Origin: Perkinsus chesapeaki ATCC PRA-425 | Lineage: Eukaryota; Protista; Perkinsozoa | Assembly (NCBI GenBank): GCA_013115145.1 | Contig: JAAPAO010000103.1 | Coordinates: forward strand, 1-64,000 | Direction: 5' to 3' | Length of the DNA: 64,000 nt | In this document: positions 63,080-64,000 of the stretch, piece after piece | Position numbering within the stretch: position 1 is the stretch's first letter | How the letters are laid out: the number at the start of each line of letters is the position of its first letter | Notes under the pieces: generated by a model | Database searches by the model: none | What the model was told of the DNA's origin: nothing | Seen by the model: only the letters and a program-made list of their open reading frames with translations | Made by a program: the position numbers and the translations under genes

Positions 63080-64000
63080 CACCTAGTTGATAATAATGAC
63101 GATGACCCCGCTGCTCCTGCTCCTGCTGCTGCTGCTGAAGTCATTCTATTATTATTATTATAATAATCAACTTTATTATTATCAATCACATTGACCCTAT
63201 TATTATTAACATATCTTTTATATTCTAACTTCTTGTTATTATGTACTTCTCCTTGTTTTAAAATGCTGCTGCTTGTAGTATATATTATATATTTACTACA
63301 TGATTGACAAAGATATGGTATGTTATCATTTGATATTGGTAATGTTGGTAAAAGTAACTATATACTATATTATATATAACTATTGTAACTAATATAGCAA
63401 CTACTACTACTACCTCTGGTTTCGAATCTAGTTCACCTTCTAATGCTTTACATTTATCATTACTATATATTAATGCATTCTTCAAATAATATGTTTCATT
63501 ATATGTATTATTTATTATATCCCTCTCAGCCTTATTAACTGCTAATGCTTCCTAATAACAACACTTAATAACAATACTATTACTAGTATTATTATTATCA
63601 TTACCCTTTCTAAATTATAATTTTTTTCGTTATTAAACTCATCTTGTATTATTATTAACCTTTCTATTGCTTCTTTCTCCTTTATTAAACTATAATTTAA
63701 TTTATTATTAATCACTATCATATGTTCTTCAGTATCATTCAGTAGCATTGTAATATATTCTCTATTATTAATCTCCCTATTCATATTATATTCTAAATAT
63801 CTAATAATAATTATATCATTAACTACTACTACTACTATAATAATAATGATGAGTATATTATTACTTAATTTTTATAATGTTATCATTTAGTTTATTATTG
63901 GCCTTATCTAGATCATTTTCCAATCTTTCTCTTATTGCCTTCTCATTATATAAATATTTATTAACCTCATCAACTTCTGATTTCAATGTCTAAAATAACA
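63080..64000 (-). CDS. C-terminal exons of a coiled-coil protein starting beyond the window
   Basis: Heptad-like open exons (TLKSEVDEVNKYLYNEKAIRERLENDLDKAN; MKNALIYSNDKCKALEGELDSKPE). Confidence 0.55.

Noticed and set aside
1-64000. CRISPR arrays, rRNA, intact tRNA, snRNA or SL RNA genes
   Set aside because: No regularly spaced repeat-spacer array was seen, and no exact SL, U1/U2/U5/U6 or rRNA signatures were found by eye. A covariance-model scan was not possible.

Overview
Eukaryotic, gene-dense window, most likely from a Perkinsus-type alveolate; this is inferred from the tiny AT-rich GT-AG introns, acceptor-like AGs just before ATGs and the gene content. It has two very different compartments. 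(1) 1-16.1 kb: a head-to-tail array of 9 complete (plus probably 1 edge-truncated) intronless, moderately GC-rich MFS sugar-porter genes on the minus strand. Spacers are 81-400 bp, predicted substrate-binding residues are diversified, and copies 2 and 3 share two near-identical conversion tracts. (2) 16.5-64 kb: very AT-rich, microsatellite-laden, intron-rich housekeeping genes: SEL1L/Hrd3-like, EMC6, LRR proteins, CD2BP2/Lin1-like, three tandem START-like paralogs, GPATCH1, a furin-like Cys-rich protein, an RRM protein, a P5A-ATPase, PUS7/TruD, SmD2, a type-I membrane protein, a TPR protein and an EPS15-like EH protein. These sit in same-strand blocks with GC-richer islands at the divergent switch points. 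Notable oddities are introns with self-complementary (AAT)n...(ATT)n ends, a tRNA 3'-half-like fragment inside one intron, a MITE-like insert, and an intronic G-quadruplex motif. Gene boundaries of spliced genes were built by eye, so internal exon structure is approximate. TTG/GTG starts in the supplied ORF track are treated as artefacts for a eukaryote.
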